DNA of 64,000 bases, taken from assembly GCA_977017645.1 (NCBI GenBank), contig OZ360220.1:259036001-259100000 (forward strand). The letters are read 5' to 3'. Shown piece by piece: positions 62,806-64,000 of this stretch. The stretch comes from Torpedo marmorata. Taxonomy: Eukaryota. Positions within the stretch are counted from its first letter, which is position 1, and every line of letters starts with the position of its first letter. The notes under the pieces are model-generated. The model was not told where the DNA came from, searched no databases, and saw only the letters and a program-made list of their open reading frames with translations. A program made the translations under genes and the position numbers.

Positions 62806-63398
62806 GTAAGCACGCTGATCTCTGGTAATTATGAACCAAAAACTGAACTTTTTTTTACTTTGCAGGTATTATTCCTTTTCTCATTAAGTAGCCATCAGAT
62901 AGTGATTCTTCACATCATTAACCCTTCAGAAGAGAAAGAGATGGAAGTTGTAAACATTACATGTATAATGGAGGCATTAATGCACGTGGAGCTCGTTTTC
63001 TGAAAATTGGAATCTAATTTTGGAAGCAAAGCTTAATACACTGTTCTGCATCGCAAATTTAGTTGTTGCATACTGCAAGATAAATCTTTATCCCATGAGG
63101 CATCTTCTAAAATGATTGACAAAATCTAAACCACCTAATCCATTGATGTCTTAGGAGAAAATGATAGAATTATGAAATGAACACATCAAAATACAATTAC
63201 ATTGGTCAAAATAAAACTGATTTTTGTCAATGTACATAATTAGTTAAATCATAACTTTAAAAAAATTCCTTGTGTCTATTCTTCGGATGAAAAAAATAGG
63301 TAAAATAAATCAATTGCATGTGCACAAACCATCTAAATAAAAGCTAAATTCCAGGAATCAAAGGTGGTTATCTTGAACAAAGTTTACCCCTTTGAAAA

Positions 63399-63476
63399 TG
63401 TATTTGACGGCATACAAGACCCACTTTTTTTCCAAAAAATTGCCTCAAAAATATCGCCGGGTCTTATATGCGAAGT
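63399..63476 (+). mobile_element. Putative left end of a Tc1/mariner (Tc2-like) non-autonomous DNA transposon
   Basis: TGTATTTGACGGCATACAAGACCC...GGGTCTTATATGC resembles the CCGTATTT..GTATAAGAC / GTCTTATAC subterminal hairpin of Tc2-type MITEs; no right end is visible in the window. Confidence 0.45.
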
Positions 63477-63638
63477 TGAAATTAGGGTGATAATGGTGAG
63501 TATCACCGACAGTGAATATCGTCGCTGCGTGGCTCAGTATCAGGGAGGGAGGGATCCCCCGCTGTCTGCCCGGTATTGCCGCCTGACCCCGGTATCAGGG
63601 AGGGAGGGATCCCCCGCCGTCCACTCGGCATTGCCGCG

Positions 63639-63941
63639 ATGGCCGCTGAGCAGGTCGCTGGCTACTCACCCAGCTTCAAGAAGCCCGCGGAGGTGCTGCG
63701 GCTGTCCAGGAAGCGGGCCCGCAGCTTCGTGGGTCACCTTCCCTCGGGTGGCCCGTGCTTTCCGGAGCCGCCGCCACCGCTCACTTCCCCCGGTGAGAAG
63801 GCTGACCACGGCGGCCCCCGCCAGCAGTGCAAGAGGTGCAGGAGGAACCCATTCGCCAACATTGCCAACACCCGTGGGTTGCCGGTGGGGACCCCAGGCC
63901 CTGGGGCTGGGCGGCCTGCCGAGGAGAAGCCGCACAGCAAA
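63639..63941 (+). other. DONSON: DONSON-like first coding exon (101 codons) with Kozak ATG and GTGAGT donor; probably a captured gene fragment
   Basis: MAAEQVAGYSPSFKKPAEVLRLSRKRARS...RRNPFA resembles the DONSON N-terminus as I recall it (human [28 protein letters not shown]...RRNPFA); CpG-rich; GCCGCGATGG start; AAA|GTGAGT donor. Confidence 0.75.
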
Positions 63942-64000
63942 GTGAGTGAGAACTGAATTAAAAACATTCTGCTTACCCATAAATACACTAAAAAAAATTC

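Noticed and set aside
62509-63003. 164-aa ORF as a standalone membrane protein gene
   Set aside because: It is a chance fusion of antisense Penelope sequence, the 90-nt SLC24A2 exon and downstream intron

Overview
Eukaryotic genomic DNA, most likely from a cartilaginous fish (shark or ray), inferred from HE1/V-SINEs, HER1-like CR1 LINEs and Neptune-type Penelope elements. The window lies inside the + strand gene SLC24A2 (NCKX2, K+-dependent Na+/Ca2+ exchanger). Six in-phase internal exons (4397-4505, 17921-17971, 33333-33431, 37069-37187, 60493-60636, 62716-62805) encode the cytosolic loop and the start of the second transmembrane cluster. The introns are dense with transposable elements: two full-length related Gypsy LTR elements, two solo LTRs, one full-length and one truncated L1, Rex1/Babar and CR1 fragments, Penelope elements with hammerhead ribozyme motifs, hAT MITEs and SINEs, several of them nested. 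The most notable observations are: (1) both Gypsy elements lack a tRNA primer-binding site and instead have a co-varying 13-14 nt segment complementary to their own LTR poly(A)-signal region, suggesting self-priming and/or poly(A)-signal occlusion; (2) a 17 x 41-bp minisatellite amplifies an SLC24A2 splice donor; (3) an intact DONSON-like exon 1 sits behind a Tc2-like transposon end; (4) a non-coding element has a YY1-motif head and a Rex1-like tail; (5) a Penelope insertion forms a ~475-bp foldback. All family assignments come from motif recognition by eye, and no database searches were run.
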